Position numbers and translations under genes: made by a program
Origin: the human T2T-CHM13v2.0 reference genome, Homo sapiens
Length of the DNA stretch: 64,000 nt
Assembly (NCBI RefSeq): GCF_009914755.1
Contig: NC_060926.1
Strand: one strand, 5' to 3'
In this document: in pieces, positions 45,618 to 60,542 of the stretch
How positions within the stretch are numbered: position 1 is the stretch's first letter
Layout: the number at the start of each line of letters is the position of its first letter
The notes under the pieces: model-generated
Told to the model about the DNA's origin: nothing
Database searches by the model: none
Seen by the model: only the letters and a program-made list of their open reading frames with translations

Positions 45618-46127
45618 CCTATGGGACAAAATTCATTTAGTTTTCTACATTTTTGTCTTTGAATGCTGCATTAGTTAAATTAGATGTGTTTGGTCCCAAA
45701 ATATAATGTGGGATATAGAAGATAACAATTATTTCTTAAAATGGGCAAAGTGAGTTTTGTAGACCTGAAACTTCGTAAAGAAAATATTTATAACTTTCCC
45801 AAAGCCTCAAACCTTATATGACAAATGCATTGTCACATTTTATTTGAAGTCTTTTCAGTGGTCTGGGTTGTAAATCAGAGTTAGGAAGGGTGTGATAGCT
45901 CCTATGGTTAGGGAGTTTAGAGCCACAGGAATTTAAGAGATTTTCCATGCTGAATGGGCCCTGAACCCACGACCTGACCCGTAGGTAATTTAGTTTCCTA
46001 AACCATTGGATCCATCTTTATCGATAAAGGAGCATCTGTTTCGGTCTTTCAGATCATACTATTAGCTCCAAAATTTTTTAACTTCCAAAATTAAATACAT
46101 ATTAGTCAGAGAAATGGTCCTTACTTA

Positions 46128-46376
<249 letters not shown>

Positions 46377-46425
46377 CTACAGTGAGCCATGATCATGCTG
46401 CTGCACTACATCCTGGGTGACAGAA

Positions 46426-46457
<32 letters not shown>

Positions 46458-46806
46458 GTGTAACTTCACTCAAATAGACTCTTTTAGAATGTGTTTTTTT
46501 GTGTGTGTTCATTTTGTTTGCAAACCCCATGCAGCTTCCCGTTTTGCCTTGGTTACTAAGAAGTTCTGAGAAAAATTTGATCAAGTTTGAAGTAACAAAA
46601 ATATTGAATAAATTCTAATTTGTTTCTCATCTGCATTTATTGTGTTGCTACTTTCTATCATTCTTCCTCAAATAGTTTTGTATTACAATTTATCTGAAAC
46701 CCTCTTTGGAAGTAAGTGTGGTTTAAATGATGAAATAATTAAAATAATTGTGTAGTAACTGCAGTAAAGAGTAGCAAAGGCCAAATTTATTTTTTCTACT
46801 TGCTAG

Positions 46807-47497
46807 GGTTACTAGCAGCAAATCCATATGGGTCTGCAGCAACCTCGGTTTTTGCCTCTTTAGAAGAAATAATTCAACTGAGGGGCGTAAGGCAGGAGAG
46901 ATCAAGGCAAATTTTAGAGCAGGAGTGAAAGTTTATTAAAAAGTTTTAGAGCAGGAATGAAAAGAAGTAAAGTATACTTGAAAGGGCCAAGTGGGCAACT
47001 TGAGAGATCAAGTGCATGGTTTGACCTTTGACTTTGGGTTTTGTATTTTGGCATGCTTCTGGAGGCTTGTGTCCCTTCTCCCCTGATTCTTCCCTTGGGA
47101 TGGGCTGTCCTCATGCACATTGGCCTGGTAGCACTTGGGAGGGGCTGCATGTGCAGTGTGTTTACTGGAGATATGTGCATACTCACTTGAGGCATTCTTC
47201 CCTTACCAGCTGAATGTCCCTAGAAGGTCACATAAGAGACATTAAAAATTGGCCATTTTGCCTCTTAATGTACATGCTTGAGCCCACTCACCCAAATCCT
47301 GAGATATTGGGAAACTGCTGATCACGAGTTTCAGGTTTTTTTCTATCTTTTGGGAGACTGTCTTTCCCTGGCACTGGCTGCAACCAATTATTATTTTAGA
47401 GAGACAGTTAACAACTGCCTGACCATCACCTGACATTCCTGGTGATGGGAAGGAGATGCCTGCCCTGCTCATGTCTGCCTGACTACCTACTGTAACA
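46807..47497 (-). mobile_element. MER50-like solo LTR
   Basis: Minus strand starts tgttacagtaggtagtcaggcagacatgagcaggg. Confidence 0.75.
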
Positions 47498-50011
47498 CCA
47501 GGTTGTCTAAATGTGCCATGAGCAAACAGACAAGTTGTATATTTTGGGTCGTGATTGAGTCTTCCAGGTTCTTAAAACCACAGCCTTTAATTTACCATAA
47601 AAAATTTTAAAAAGAAGTTACCAGGAGGATAATAAAAATTATTATGTGTACAAATTGATAGTGTGGATAGAGAAGAGAAAGAAATAATAAATAACCATAT
47701 TTATTCATAGAAGTAGAAAAAATTCAATTTCAGATGAGAAGAAAAACTGTTAATGAAACATTTTATAGAGAGCCAATAATTCTTCAAAACATGGAATAAC
47801 TTTCCCTTATAATTAATGTCATATTATCAAGATGGTAGAAATAAAATTGCTGAAGAATATTATTAATATTATTATTAAGCTTACTTCTCCCTGGATAGAT
47901 AAAAATCACACAGCGTTAGCTACATGCATTCAAGGTTATAAAAATGGTGTAACGTGAACATAAATTTGCTTTATGAAATCCGTGGCTGACCCTCAGAGAA
48001 GCAATAATCCCTGGAAGCTATCCCCCCACAGCTGCAGACCCTCAGTCATGTACCAGCCACCTCTAAAGGCTGCTGAAATTTGTTACTTGAAAAATGGAAT
48101 GTAAAGTTCTTGGACTTAGCCTAATTACAAACCTTACAGCCAAATCCACAATAACATTTGCATCTGCTTAATAAAATATACAGAACATTGTATGGCAGTT
48201 ATGAGACCCGTAATGAACCCTCTTATCCAATGGTAAACAGCTTGGGGCCTTGTCATCCCCACTTTGCAAGAGATTTGAAATTATGTTAGGATTAAAAAGA
48301 CACAGAGGGAAGTTGGTTAAGATCCTCAGTCTCAAGTCAAATACACAGAGTATTTTCTGTAAACAATGCTTTAACCCTGAAAGAACATTCTTATTTTATT
48401 TTTCTTCTACAAGACTTTTGGTCAGTTAGTTCATCTCTTTGCACATCAGTTTCCTCGTTATGAAATGAAGAGAATTAGAGTAGGTACCTTATTGAGTTGC
48501 TATGCATGCTGAAATAATACAAGTCACATAATTAGAAGTGCTGAAATACTTAATGGATCCATAAACATTAGCTTGCCAGTCTTTGAGACCAGAATGCAGT
48601 TGCTTGCATTTAACTAAGTTTTATCTTCTGGTAAAGCAAAAATATGATGTTCAATAAATAAATAAACAAGGAATAAATAAGCAGAGAAGCACTCTTTGGA
48701 TTAGAGCACTGGCTCACACTCATCTCAGAAGTGATTTAAATCTTGACATTTATTGCAGTGAGTCATAGATGATCTGATAAAGTAACGATCCTTTCAAAAC
48801 CTGCTAAGCTCTCCAGAAGCATTTTAAAAATTTTGCCCCAACATAACTGGAGCTCTTGATGTTTCCACATTAATTCAAAATAATTAGGAAAAAGTAAAGG
48901 AATGAAGAAAAACAACTTGAATAAACTTTGGTTAACTTTAAAAAAAAAAAGATTGTTAGTGAAATGATGATATTGAAACATCTTAGGACAATATTGGTTT
49001 CAGAAATCTAATTTGAACCAAAAAAGATAGGCCAATTAGGTAAATAATCTTTTGAAAATACAGACATACCTCAAAGATATTGTGGCTTGGTTCCAGGTTG
49101 CTGCAGTAATGCAAATATTGTAATCAAGTGAATCACACACATTTTTGGTTAAACAGTACATACAAAAGTTATGTTTACACTATACTGTAGTCTATTAAGT
49201 ATGCAATAGCATTGCATCTAAAAAGCAATGTGGATACCTTAATTAAAAAAATACTTTATTGCTAAATAATGCTAACAATCATCTGAACCTTCAGTGAGCT
49301 GTAATCTTTTTGCTGATGTGGGTTGTCTTGCCTCTATATTAATGGCTGCTGACCAATTGGGATGGTGTTACCTGAATGCTGGAGTGGCTGTGGCAATTTC
49401 TTAAAATAAGATAGCAATCACGTTTGCCATGTTAATTGAGTCTTCCTTTCATGGAAGAAATCTCTGTAGCTTGTGATGCTATTTGATAGTATTTTACTCA
49501 CAGTAGAACTTTCAAAATTTGAAGCAATCCTCTGAAATCCTGCCACTGCTTTATCAATTAAGTTAATGAAACATTTTAATCCTTTGTTGTCATTTCAACA
49601 ATGTTCACAGCATCTTCACCATCTTCAAAATCTTAACCATTTTTCTTTGCACTTTCGTAAGAGGCAACCCCTCATCTGTTGAAGTTTTATTATGAGATTG
49701 CAACAATTCAGTCACATCTTCAGGCTCCACTTCTAATTCTAGTTCTCTTGCTATTCCACTACATCTGCAATTATTTCCTCCACCTGAAGCCTTGAGCCTA
49801 TCAGTCATCCATGAGGGTTGGAATAAACTTCCCCAGTTCCTGTTCATGTTGATATTTTGACCTCCTCCCAATAATCATGAATGTTCTTAGTGGCATCTAG
49901 AATGGTAGATCCTTTCCAGAAGGTTTTCGACTGACTTTGCACAGATCCATCAGAGGGATCACTATCTGTGTCAACAATATCCTCACAAAATGCTTTTTTT
50001 AATTGTATTTA

Positions 50012-50687
<676 letters not shown>

Positions 50688-51236
50688 TGATCCATGGACT
50701 GCAGAATGGATATTGTGTTAGCAAACTTGAAAAGTTTAATATCCTTGTACATCTCCATCAGAGCTCTTGGGCGACTATGTGCATTGTCAATAAGCACTAA
50801 ATGTTTTGAAAATATTTTTTTTTCTGAGCATTAGGTCTCAACAGTGAGCTTAACATAGTCAGCAAACCATGCTGTAAATAGGTGGGCTGTTGTCCAGGCT
50901 TTGTCGTTTCACTTATAAAGCACAGGAAGAGTAGATTAAGCATAATTCTTAAGAGCCCTATTATTTTTTGAATGGTAAATAAATATTGGCCTAAACTTAA
51001 AGTCATTAGCTACGTTAATCCTGAATAAGATTCTGCCTGTCCCTTGAAGGTTTGTAGCTGAGACCTCCTTTCTAGCCATAAAGTCCTAGATAGCATCTTC
51101 TTCCAATAGAGGACTCATTCATCTACACTGAAAATCCGTTGTTTAGTGAAGCCTGCATCAATGATCTTAGCTTGATTTTCTGGGTAACTTGCTGCAGATT
51201 CTCCATCAGCACTTAACTGTTTCACCTTGTACTTTT

Positions 51237-52453
51237 TGTATTTCAAATAGCCAACTTGAGACAAGTTTATTAGTAATTTCATGGTACCCTTTTGTGGGCT
51301 GATTCTCACCTCACCCTTCCCCAAGCAACTCCTGTGACTAATGTCAAACAATATGTCCTTTTGTTGCTTTTTTCAGCCACCCTTACAGACCCCCAACACA
51401 ATCAACCTGGAAATGACCTCAGTATGTGTAATCTTAAGTCATCTTGCTAACGCAGACACCTCTGAGGTTCCCAAGAAAACTTCAGTGGAGTTCTCTAAAC
51501 TGAAACCTTGAGAGAGGAAGATTTTCAAGTAGGAACCAGACAAATTCACTTAAAACTCACCACTACACACCTGTGTCATAGAAGCATTCCATTTTTTCTA
51601 TTGCAGATGGGATTTCCTCTTCAAGCTTACTGTACTGTGTCTTTTTAAAAAATAGTTGAAGACATCGGAATAAAAGCTAATGTCCCAAACAGCGCTTCCC
51701 TGGATATTGCTGTTTCTTTAAAAGCCTTTTTCCCAGCTCTTCTGAGATGGTCCATGACATTGCCTTTCTTGCTCATTACCTTGATCCCTTGAATGGGCCC
51801 AAAACTTTGGAATGCAAAAACATTCATTCCATTGACTTGGTTGAGAAAGATGATAGGTCAGGTTTTTTTTCATCTAAAGATTATCCTGGGCATACTTCAT
51901 TTGGGCCCAAATGAGGGATTATTCCAAAGAAGATTGAAGAAGCAATTACTCCTTCCCCTAGTAATATACTCTTTGGCAATGATTACAGTTTGCATTTCTG
52001 CTGATAATGCTGTGTGCTATAATTATATGTAAGTTTATAAGAAACCTGGGGTAAAACCATGGACTTTCTCCCTTTTGCTGGCATCATCTACAGAAATACC
52101 ATGGGCATCATGAAAGGCAGTATAGCTATAGGCTGAAAAAAGCAGGGTTCAGTTTGCTGCTGTCATGATGCCCTGTTGAGAGACTGCTCTTCAAAGTTTC
52201 TTGTATCATTGGGTCCTCCAAGTCAGGCCTGGGTGCCTCTTTATTTACAAAGAGTAGTTGCCTCTATTTTCTCAATTGAAATGACCAGATTTTTAAGATC
52301 TAATAATTGTGTCCACCGAAGAAATCATCAATAAAAGGATCTGCATTTCATGATACACAAGTGCACCTGGACCCTATGCAGGGAGTGGCACTGCTGCACC
52401 CTGGTCACTGCCTGGCTCCTATGCTATGTACTCCTCTTCCTGGGACCTATGTC
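51237..52453 (-). pseudogene. SFXN4P1: SFXN4 (sideroflexin-4) processed pseudogene
   Basis: Intronless homology: MNVFAFQSFGPIQGIKVMSKKGNVMDH.RRAGKKAFKET..SR..LFGT, and the C-terminus LEEEIPS...FYDTGV* (stop at 51563-51565). AATAAA on the minus strand at 51266-51271. Imperfect TSD caccttg(t/a)actt at 51223 and 52454. The pseudogene number is from memory. Confidence 0.88.
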
Positions 52454-52670
52454 CACCTTGAACTTCTAAGTTTCTTTCCTTAAACCTTATGAGCCAACCT
52501 GTGCTAGTTTCACACTTTTCTTTTACATCTTCCTCACCTCTGTCAGGCTTCAAAGAATTGAAGAGAATTGGGGCCTTGCTCTGGTTTAGGCTTTGGCTTA
52601 ATGGAATGTTGGGGCTGGTTTGATCATCTGACCAGATCACTCAAACTTTCTCCATATCAGCAATAAAGCT

Positions 52671-54948
52671 TGTATTAGTCTGTTTTTAGCCACTGATGAA
52701 GACATACCCAAGACTGGGCAATTTACAAAGGAAAGAAGTTTAATGGAGAACTCATAGTTGCACATAGCTGGGGAAGCCTCATGACAGTGGCAGAAGGTAA
52801 GGAGGAGAGAGTCACATCTTATGTGGATGGCGACAGGCAAAGAGATAGCTTGTGTAGGGAAACTCCCCTTTTTTAAACCATCAGATCTCATGAGACTTAT
52901 TTACTATCAGGAGGACAGCACAGGAAAGACCTGCCCTCTTGATTCAATTACTTCCCACCAGGTCCCTCCCACAACATGTGGGAATTCAAGATGAGATTCG
53001 GGTGGGGACACAACCAAACCATATCATTCCACCTTTGGCCCCTCCCAAATCTCATGTCCTCACATTTCAAAACCAGTCATGCCTTTCCAACAGTCCCCCA
53101 AAGTCTTAACTCATTCCAGCATTAACTCAAAAGTCCACAGTCCAAAGTCTCATCTGAGACAAGGAAGGTCCCTTCTGCCTATGATCCTGTAAGATAAATG
53201 GCAAGTTAATTATTCCTTAAATACAATGGAGGTACAGGCACTGGGTAAATACAGCTGTTCAAAATGGGAGAAATTGGCCAAAACAAAGGGGCTACAGGCC
53301 CCATGCAAGTCCAAAATCCAGTGGGGCAGTCAAATCTTAAAGCTCTGAAATGATCTTTGATTCCATGTCTCGCATCTGGGTCATGCTATGCAAGAGGTGG
53401 GTTCCCATGTGGTCTTGGGCAGCTCCACCCCTGTGGCTTTGCAGGGTACAGCCTCACTCCCAGCTGCCTTCATGGGCTGGTGTTGAGTATCTGTGGCTTT
53501 TCTGGGCGCATGGTGCAAGCTGTCAGTGGATCTACCACTCTGGGGACTGGAGGACAGTGGCCCTCTTCTCACAGCTCCACTAGGTGGTGTCCCAGTAGGT
53601 ACACTGTGTGGGGGCTGCCACCCCACATTTCCCTTCTGCACTGCCCTAGCAGAGGTTCTCCATGAGGATCCCACCTCTACAGCAAACTTCTGCCTGGACA
53701 TCCAGGCATTTCCATACATCTTCTGAAATCTAGGCAGAGGTGCCCAAACCTTGACTTCTGTGCACTCACAAGCTCAACACCATGTGGAAGCTGCCAAGGC
53801 TTGAGGCTTGCACCCTTTGAAGCCACAGACTGAGCTGTACCTTGGCCCCTTTCATCCATGGCTGGAGTGGCTGGGACTCAGGGCACCAAGTCCCTAGTCT
53901 GCACACTGCAGGTGGGCTCTGGGTCCCACCCATGAAACCACTTTTTCCTCCTAGCCCTCTGGGCTTGTGATGGGAGGAGCTGCCATGAAGACCTCTGACA
54001 TGCCCTGGAGACATTTTCCCCATTGTCTTGGGGATTAACATTCTGCTCCTCGTTACTTATGCAAATTTCTGCAGCTACCTTGAATTTCTTCTCAGAAATT
54101 TGGATTTTCTTTTCATCGTGTTGTCAGGCTGCAAATTTTCCACACTCTTATGCTCTGTTTCTCTTTTCAAATGGAATGCCTTTAACAGTACCCAAGTCAC
54201 ATCTTGAATGCTTTGCTGCTTAGAAGTTTCTTCTGCCAGATACCCTAAATAATCCCTCTCAAGTTCAAAGTTCCGTAAATTTCTAGGGCAGGGGCAGAAT
54301 GTCGCCAGTCTCTTTGCTAAAACATAACAAGAGTCACCTTTGCTCCAGTTCCCAACAAGTTCCTCATCTCCATCTGAGACTACCTCAGCCTGGATTTCAT
54401 TGTCCATATCATTATCAGCATTTTGGTCAAAGCCATTTGACAAGTTTCTAGGAAGTTCCAAACTTTCCCACATTTTCCTGTCTTGTTGTGAACCCTCCAA
54501 ACCATTCCAACCTCTGCATGTTACCCAGTTCCAAAGTTGCTTCCACATTTTTGGATATCTTTTCAGCAATGTCCCATTCTGCTGGTACTAATTTACTGTA
54601 TTAGTCTGTTTTCATGCTGCTGATAAAGACATACCTGAGACTGGGCAATTTACAAATGAAAGAGGTTTACCAGAGAACTCACAGTTCCACCTGGCTGGGG
54701 AAGCCTCACAATCATGGCAGAAGGCAAGGAGGAGCAAATCACATCTTACATGGATGGCAGGAGGCAAGGAGAGAGCTTGTGTAGGGAAACTCCCATTTTT
54801 AAAACCATCAGATCTCATGAGACTTATTCACTATCAGGAGGACAGCACAGGAAAAACCTGCCCCCATGATTACGTCCCGCCAGGTCCCTCCCACAATACA
54901 TGGGAATTCAAGATGAGATTTGAGTGGGGACACAGCCAAACCATATGA
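52671..54948 (-). mobile_element. Full-length THE1 (THE1A-like) MaLR: LTR 52671-53026, internal region, LTR 54597-54948
   Basis: Paired LTRs; THE1-int ORF remnant (WESLELPRNLSNGFDQNADNDMDNEIQAEVVSDGDEELVGNWSKG); TSD aagct/aggct. Confidence 0.9.
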
Positions 54949-56344
54949 AGGCTGTTGGTCTTTCTTATTGTTGTGTTCACTGAAGTAGCAATTTTAACTT
55001 CTTTCAAGAACATTTTCTTTATATTTACAACTTGGCTGTTTGGCACAAGAGACCTAGCTTTCAGCCTACCTCAGCTTTTGACATGTCTGCCTCACTAAGC
55101 TTAATCATGTCCAGCTTTTGATTTAAAGTGACAGGCATGTGACACTTCCTTTCACTTGAACACCTAAAGGCCATTGTAGGGTTATTGATTGGCTTATTTT
55201 CAATGTTGAGTCTCAGGGAACAGGGAGGCTGGAGAAGTGGGAGAGAAATGGGGGAAGGGCTGATCAGTGGAGCAGTCAGAACACACAACATTTATTGATT
55301 AAGTTCTCTGTCTTATATGAATGTGGTTTGTAGCATGCCAAAATAATTACAGTATTAACATCAAAGATCATTGATCACGGAAATAATAATAAAGTTTGAA
55401 ATATTGCAAGAATTATCAAAATGTGATACAGAGACATGAGGTGAGCACATTCTTTTGGAAAAATGGCACTGATAAGATCAGTTGATGGAGGGTTGCCACA
55501 GACCTACAGTTTGTTTAACAAACAAACAAACAAACAAAAGGCCAGGTGTGGTGGCCTATGCCTGTAATCCCTTCAGCACTTTGGGAGGCCAAGGCAGGAA
55601 GATAGCCTAAGCTCAGGAGTTTGAGACCAGCCTGGACATGGTAAAACCCTGTCTCTACCAAAAATACAAAAAATTAGCTGGATGTCATGTAACAGAGGTA
55701 GAAGGATTGTTTGACCTTGGGAGGCAGAGTTTGCAGTGAGCTGTGATCATGCCTCTGTACTCCAACCTGAGTGACAAAATAAGACAAAAGACAATGAAGT
55801 GAAGAGCAATGAAACAAAGTATGCCTGTACACTAAAAATCAGTCTGTTGTAGCTATTTGATGTTAAGAACACTAAATTCTTTAGTGCCTTTAGGTCATAT
55901 TTGTAGTAAACACTTCTGTTAATGTTTTGAAACTTTACTATTTGCACCACCCCCAGTTATAAGTGTACACATTCTTGCATGTTGGACTAACCCTGTCCTT
56001 GGACAAAGGTCAGTAGCAGATGAAGATTGCATTTTGTGATGTGCTCAGTTAAGTTTAATTTAAAGTGGTCCATTGTACAATAATGTTTGTATATGTGTAC
56101 AGAAAAATTGTTCAAATCAGGAAGGGATTATTTACAAAGAATTGGCCCAAGTGTGAGGAGGCCATTGAAAGTGAAATGAGGGAAGCTCTATACCAAGTGT
56201 AAGTGTAGTTTAATTCTGCCCAGCACATCTGGAGGGGAACATGTGTGTAGGTGCATCACATTCCCAAGCCAGAAAAATTTTAGGTGATTCAAAATGAACA
56301 CTGTATTGTTTGGAGAACCAAAATGTCCAGGAATCTGTATCGTG

Positions 56345-56965
56345 TTTTGTTTGTTTGTTTTGTTTTTTGAGACAGAATCTCCCTCTGTCACCCTGGCTGG
56401 AGTGCACTGCTACCTCTCCTGACCCGCCACCTTCCCCAGGCTCAAGCGATTCTCCAACTCAGCCTTCCAAGTAGCTGGGAACACAGGCATGCACCACCAC
56501 ATCCAGCTGTTTTTTGTATTTTTAGTAGAGACAGGGTCTCACCATGTTGCCCAGGCTGGTCTTGAACTCCTGAGCTCAAACCATCCACCTATCTTGGCCT
56601 CTCAAAGTGTTGGGATTAGAGATATAAAACCATCATGCCCAGCCTATATCCAAATTTTCTTTTTATTTGTTTTTGTTTGTTTGTTTGTTTTCTTATTTCT
56701 TTCTTTGTTTTTGTTTTTGCTTTTTTTTAGATGCAGGTTCCACTCTGTCACCCAGGCTAGAGTGTGGAGTGCACTGGTGCAATTTATAGTTCACTGGAAC
56801 CTCAAGCACTCTTCCTGTCTCAGCCTCCAGAGTAGCTGGAACTATAGGAGCATGCCACTACACCTGACTAATTTTTAAAAACTGTTTGCAGAGACAGAAT
56901 CTCACTATGTTGCCCAGGCCCATCTTGAACACTTGGGTTCAAGCATTCCTCCTGCCTCAGCCTAC
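56345..56965 (-). mobile_element. Two AluJ-type elements
   Basis: T-rich tails and Alu bodies. Confidence 0.8.
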
Positions 56966-57318
56966 CATTATATCCATTTTAATCAGAATATAATATTTAA
57001 GCAAAAATGGAATGTCTGAGCTTCTACAGAAAGCCTCCTTTTTCCTGCCTCTTCCATTTCTTGATTTTATTTGTGATAATTATTTTTTCTTTTATTTTCT
57101 CCTCACTTTATTCTTTAAAATGCTTCTCTTTCCACTAATTCTGTATTTTTCTTCATATTACTTTTTCTTTCCTCCTTCCACTCACCCTGCCATTTTTTTT
57201 AAATAAATGGTTTTCCAAATAGATGTGTGCAAATAACAGGGAGTCAAGAGTAAGATCAAGTTACTTTAGATAGTGTTTGTTTTAGAAATAGCAGTAAAAA
57301 TTCACTCTATAATTGTTC

Positions 57319-57724
57319 TGTGGTCGACAGGTTTATGCAAACCTATCCCCCAAACCGGAGGAAGCTGAAAGGCCCAAGTAAGAGACTGATAAATCCAGTT
57401 TCTCAGAAAGAAACATTTAATAGGGAGTGAGAAACAGAAGTCATGATGTCCTGGCAATTGACAACAACAAGATTAGATAGTGAATCCCCCCGTACCATTA
57501 CCCACCGCGTATGACTTATATGTAAAACATAGGGAAGGATTATGTGGAACAATTGAAGTCAACCTCTCAGGGAACGGCAAGAATGCTATGTGAATCTGCC
57601 TAAGGGCAGGATTTATGGTAGCAGCAGTTAAAATAGAAATCTTAAAGGCATTCCCAGAATAAGGGTTACCCAGAAGTCAACATGGCAGATTAACACCCAA
57701 TATGGAGTTGCTTTAGCCTCCACA
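57319..57724. mobile_element. Solo LTR, probably ERV1 class, family unassigned
   Basis: ~400 bp bounded by tgtgg...ccaca; LTR-like composition. Confidence 0.5.
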
Positions 57725-58998
57725 ATAATGTAGGGAAATAAATATAATGAAGATGGCAGTATTTTTTAAACCATATTTCAAAGAAATCTTCTCTTTGAAA
57801 CATGGAGAAGAAGGCATATGTCACTATATGCAACATAAGCTTATATTCATATCTATTTAGTATATCCAGGACAAATTTTATTTAGTTCTAGGAATATACA
57901 GTGAGATTTTTCTTACTGCCCCTTGACGTTAGATATTATTCACCTTACAGTGATCAGAGATACATCTTTTAGCATCCACCACTTGTTCATCAACCTTGTC
58001 TGTCAAATGGAGAAATCTATGTGGCAAATGCAACAAGAAGTTTTCCTTGACCCAATAAAGATACAGGTCCTTCCTTAAATGGCTATGTTGAAATATAAAT
58101 TCTTAAATTATATACTTATTTACATGGCTTCTCCCCTCTAGTGAACTTATCCTGGAATCTGTCAATTAGATTTATTCTATGTACTGTCTATTCTTTTAAA
58201 ATGGGACTCTCTCAGAAATATCCCTCTGGATAAGGTACACATCTCATTTTTCTCAGTGACAGTAAAGGGGCGTAATTTCTATTACACAGGTCTAATTGCC
58301 TTGAAGAAACATCATAAGGACTCAAAACATGGAAGGTATTATTATTGTTGTGATTATGCTTTGAATTCTTAAGTAACCAATGTATTCTCTGTCTCTGGAT
58401 CTGTTTCTAGTGTCAAAACCCTTGTTAGCAGGAATTAGATCAGATTATATTAATAATTATGTAGTGGATATCTTACTTTTGCATATTTTCTCATCAGACA
58501 ATACACGTCTATATTATCTTTTATCTCAGTGTGTATGAATAAATGTCAGAGCTATTTGGGTCATAATTTGCTATGCGGCTGTTTTGTCTTGTTATATATT
58601 TCACTGTAATAACAGTGAGTTATGATTCACAAAGTTTGCCTCCTTTTATAAAAGGTGTATTTTAATTTGATGTTAGAAACAACGAACTTTAAAAATGTAA
58701 TTGGCCTTAATATCTTTTTAGATTCCTTTGAAGATATACTTAGCACAAAAATATGCTCCTTGGGAATTTGACAATTGAGCTGATAATAGGATATATCATT
58801 TTTAGTTTACAGGCAAAAGCAAATGCTTCATTATTTTGTTGTTATTTACTACATCATAAAAGAAATTTAATTTTAGCTAGCTGTGTGCATCTAAGTCCAG
58901 ATATCATTTGATAAAATGAGTCAAGTGGGAAAACTTCCATTTCTTTGTGATGACACATCAAATATGCCCTTATCTCTAAAGACATTAAGAATGATTGA

Positions 58999-59157
<159 letters not shown>

Positions 59158-59754
59158 TAATGTTTAGAACACATTCATTTACAGAATCTGATGTTTTTCT
59201 ATCTTTAATTCATGAGCTTCTGGGGGTTTACTTATTTAAAAATAAATTGTGAGGTTATTTTCATTTTTACTAGGAAATGCTGGACCATGATATAATAGCT
59301 TCTTCCTAATCATGGAAGAGTTGACTCTTGAGAAGAGCTTTAGAATAATGAACAGTTCTTGTCTGGGAAAATAAAGAATAAGAGCCATAATGGGTAAATA
59401 GGCAAACTACATGCAAGCCTACAAAACAGTGATGTACAATGCTAGCAAAGCACTGACCTTTTTGGAAAGACAATTTTCTAATGGCTTCAGCAGAGTGAGT
59501 TAGTGGATCAGTATACTTTTGTATATTAATATAGGTTAAAAAAGACTTGGAGTATTAAATTTTTAAAAAGAGGTCTAGTACCTTAAATGAGTTAATGTGT
59601 TTAAAGTACTTCTTACATCTTACTCAATAAACAGTTTTACCTTAAAGTGTCAAATCTATTATCTATTAGGGATATTGTGTTAATGGTGACTGCCCAATGC
59701 TTTAAAGAATCTTGACTTCATTTTTTCAAGTATGTTTTGGAAACATGTCTACAA

Positions 59755-59990
59755 GTTCAGATATCCCTGGATTTGACTCCCAGCTAAATTACATAATGCT
59801 TATTTGAGGTTGAAAAAGGCTTTTGGCATCTCTAAGTCTTAGTATTTTCCTTTGTAAAAATGAGAAACATAATATCTACCTCAAAGATCTGCATGAGAAT
59901 TAAATGTAATAATATGTGAAAATTGCTTTAGTACCCTGGCCAGTGATCAACACTCAGTTAACAGTAGCTATCATCTTCGTTGTTATTGTT
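59755..59990 (+). mobile_element. MIR remnant
   Basis: MIR core-like text: tttcctttgtaaaaatgag...tacctcaaag...atgagaattaaatgtaataatatgtgaaa. Confidence 0.6.
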
Positions 59991-60470
59991 GTCAATATCA
60001 CTCTCTAGGAACTGTGTGGAGAAATGAAAGAGCTTCACTGAACAAATGAGCTACTATCAATACAAATAAGACATACATAGACCATAATATTTCAGTGTCA
60101 TGCCATCAAAATTACCATGAAATGCTTTGGGAAGATAATTTGTCAATTAACAGCTTTTTTTGTTGTTAATCATCAGACTTTAAGTTTCATCAATTAATAT
60201 ATAAGTAAAGTTTGAGGATTCGTTATCACATTCACATTTTCCCCCGAGTTTGCTGTTTCATTGATAAGCAAATTGAGCCAATATCTTCTTTCTCTTTGAG
60301 ATTCACTGGAAACATGGCTAATTGAAAAGGTAGTCCTGACAAACACTTAAGATGTTGAGTTAATTAATGTCTTTAAAATACTGGAGATTATAAAATGAAA
60401 GTGTGACATAAAATGAACAAATGTATAAATTGTGTATTAATGCTTTCTCAATAAATCCATTTTATTGCAG

Positions 60471-60542
60471 TTATCATTTTTTAAGCCTACGCCAAAACGA
60501 TATAAAATTCTTCTAGAAGCCAAAGCCTTCCCTTCTGATCAT
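60471..60542 (+). CDS. KYNU: Kynureninase coding exon (probably exon 6, 72 bp)
   Basis: ttgcag acceptor; [24 protein letters not shown] (FPSD motif); donor gtaagg at 60543; phase 0. Confidence 0.97.

Noticed and set aside
54075-54569. 164-aa ORF
   Set aside because: Standard THE1 internal ORF remnant found in many copies.
58915-58940. AP-1 (tgagtca) next to a kB-like gggaaaacttcc; other AP-1 and E-box hits near 25083, 26393 and 44097
   Set aside because: Short motifs are expected by chance in 64 kb and cannot be supported without chromatin or conservation data.
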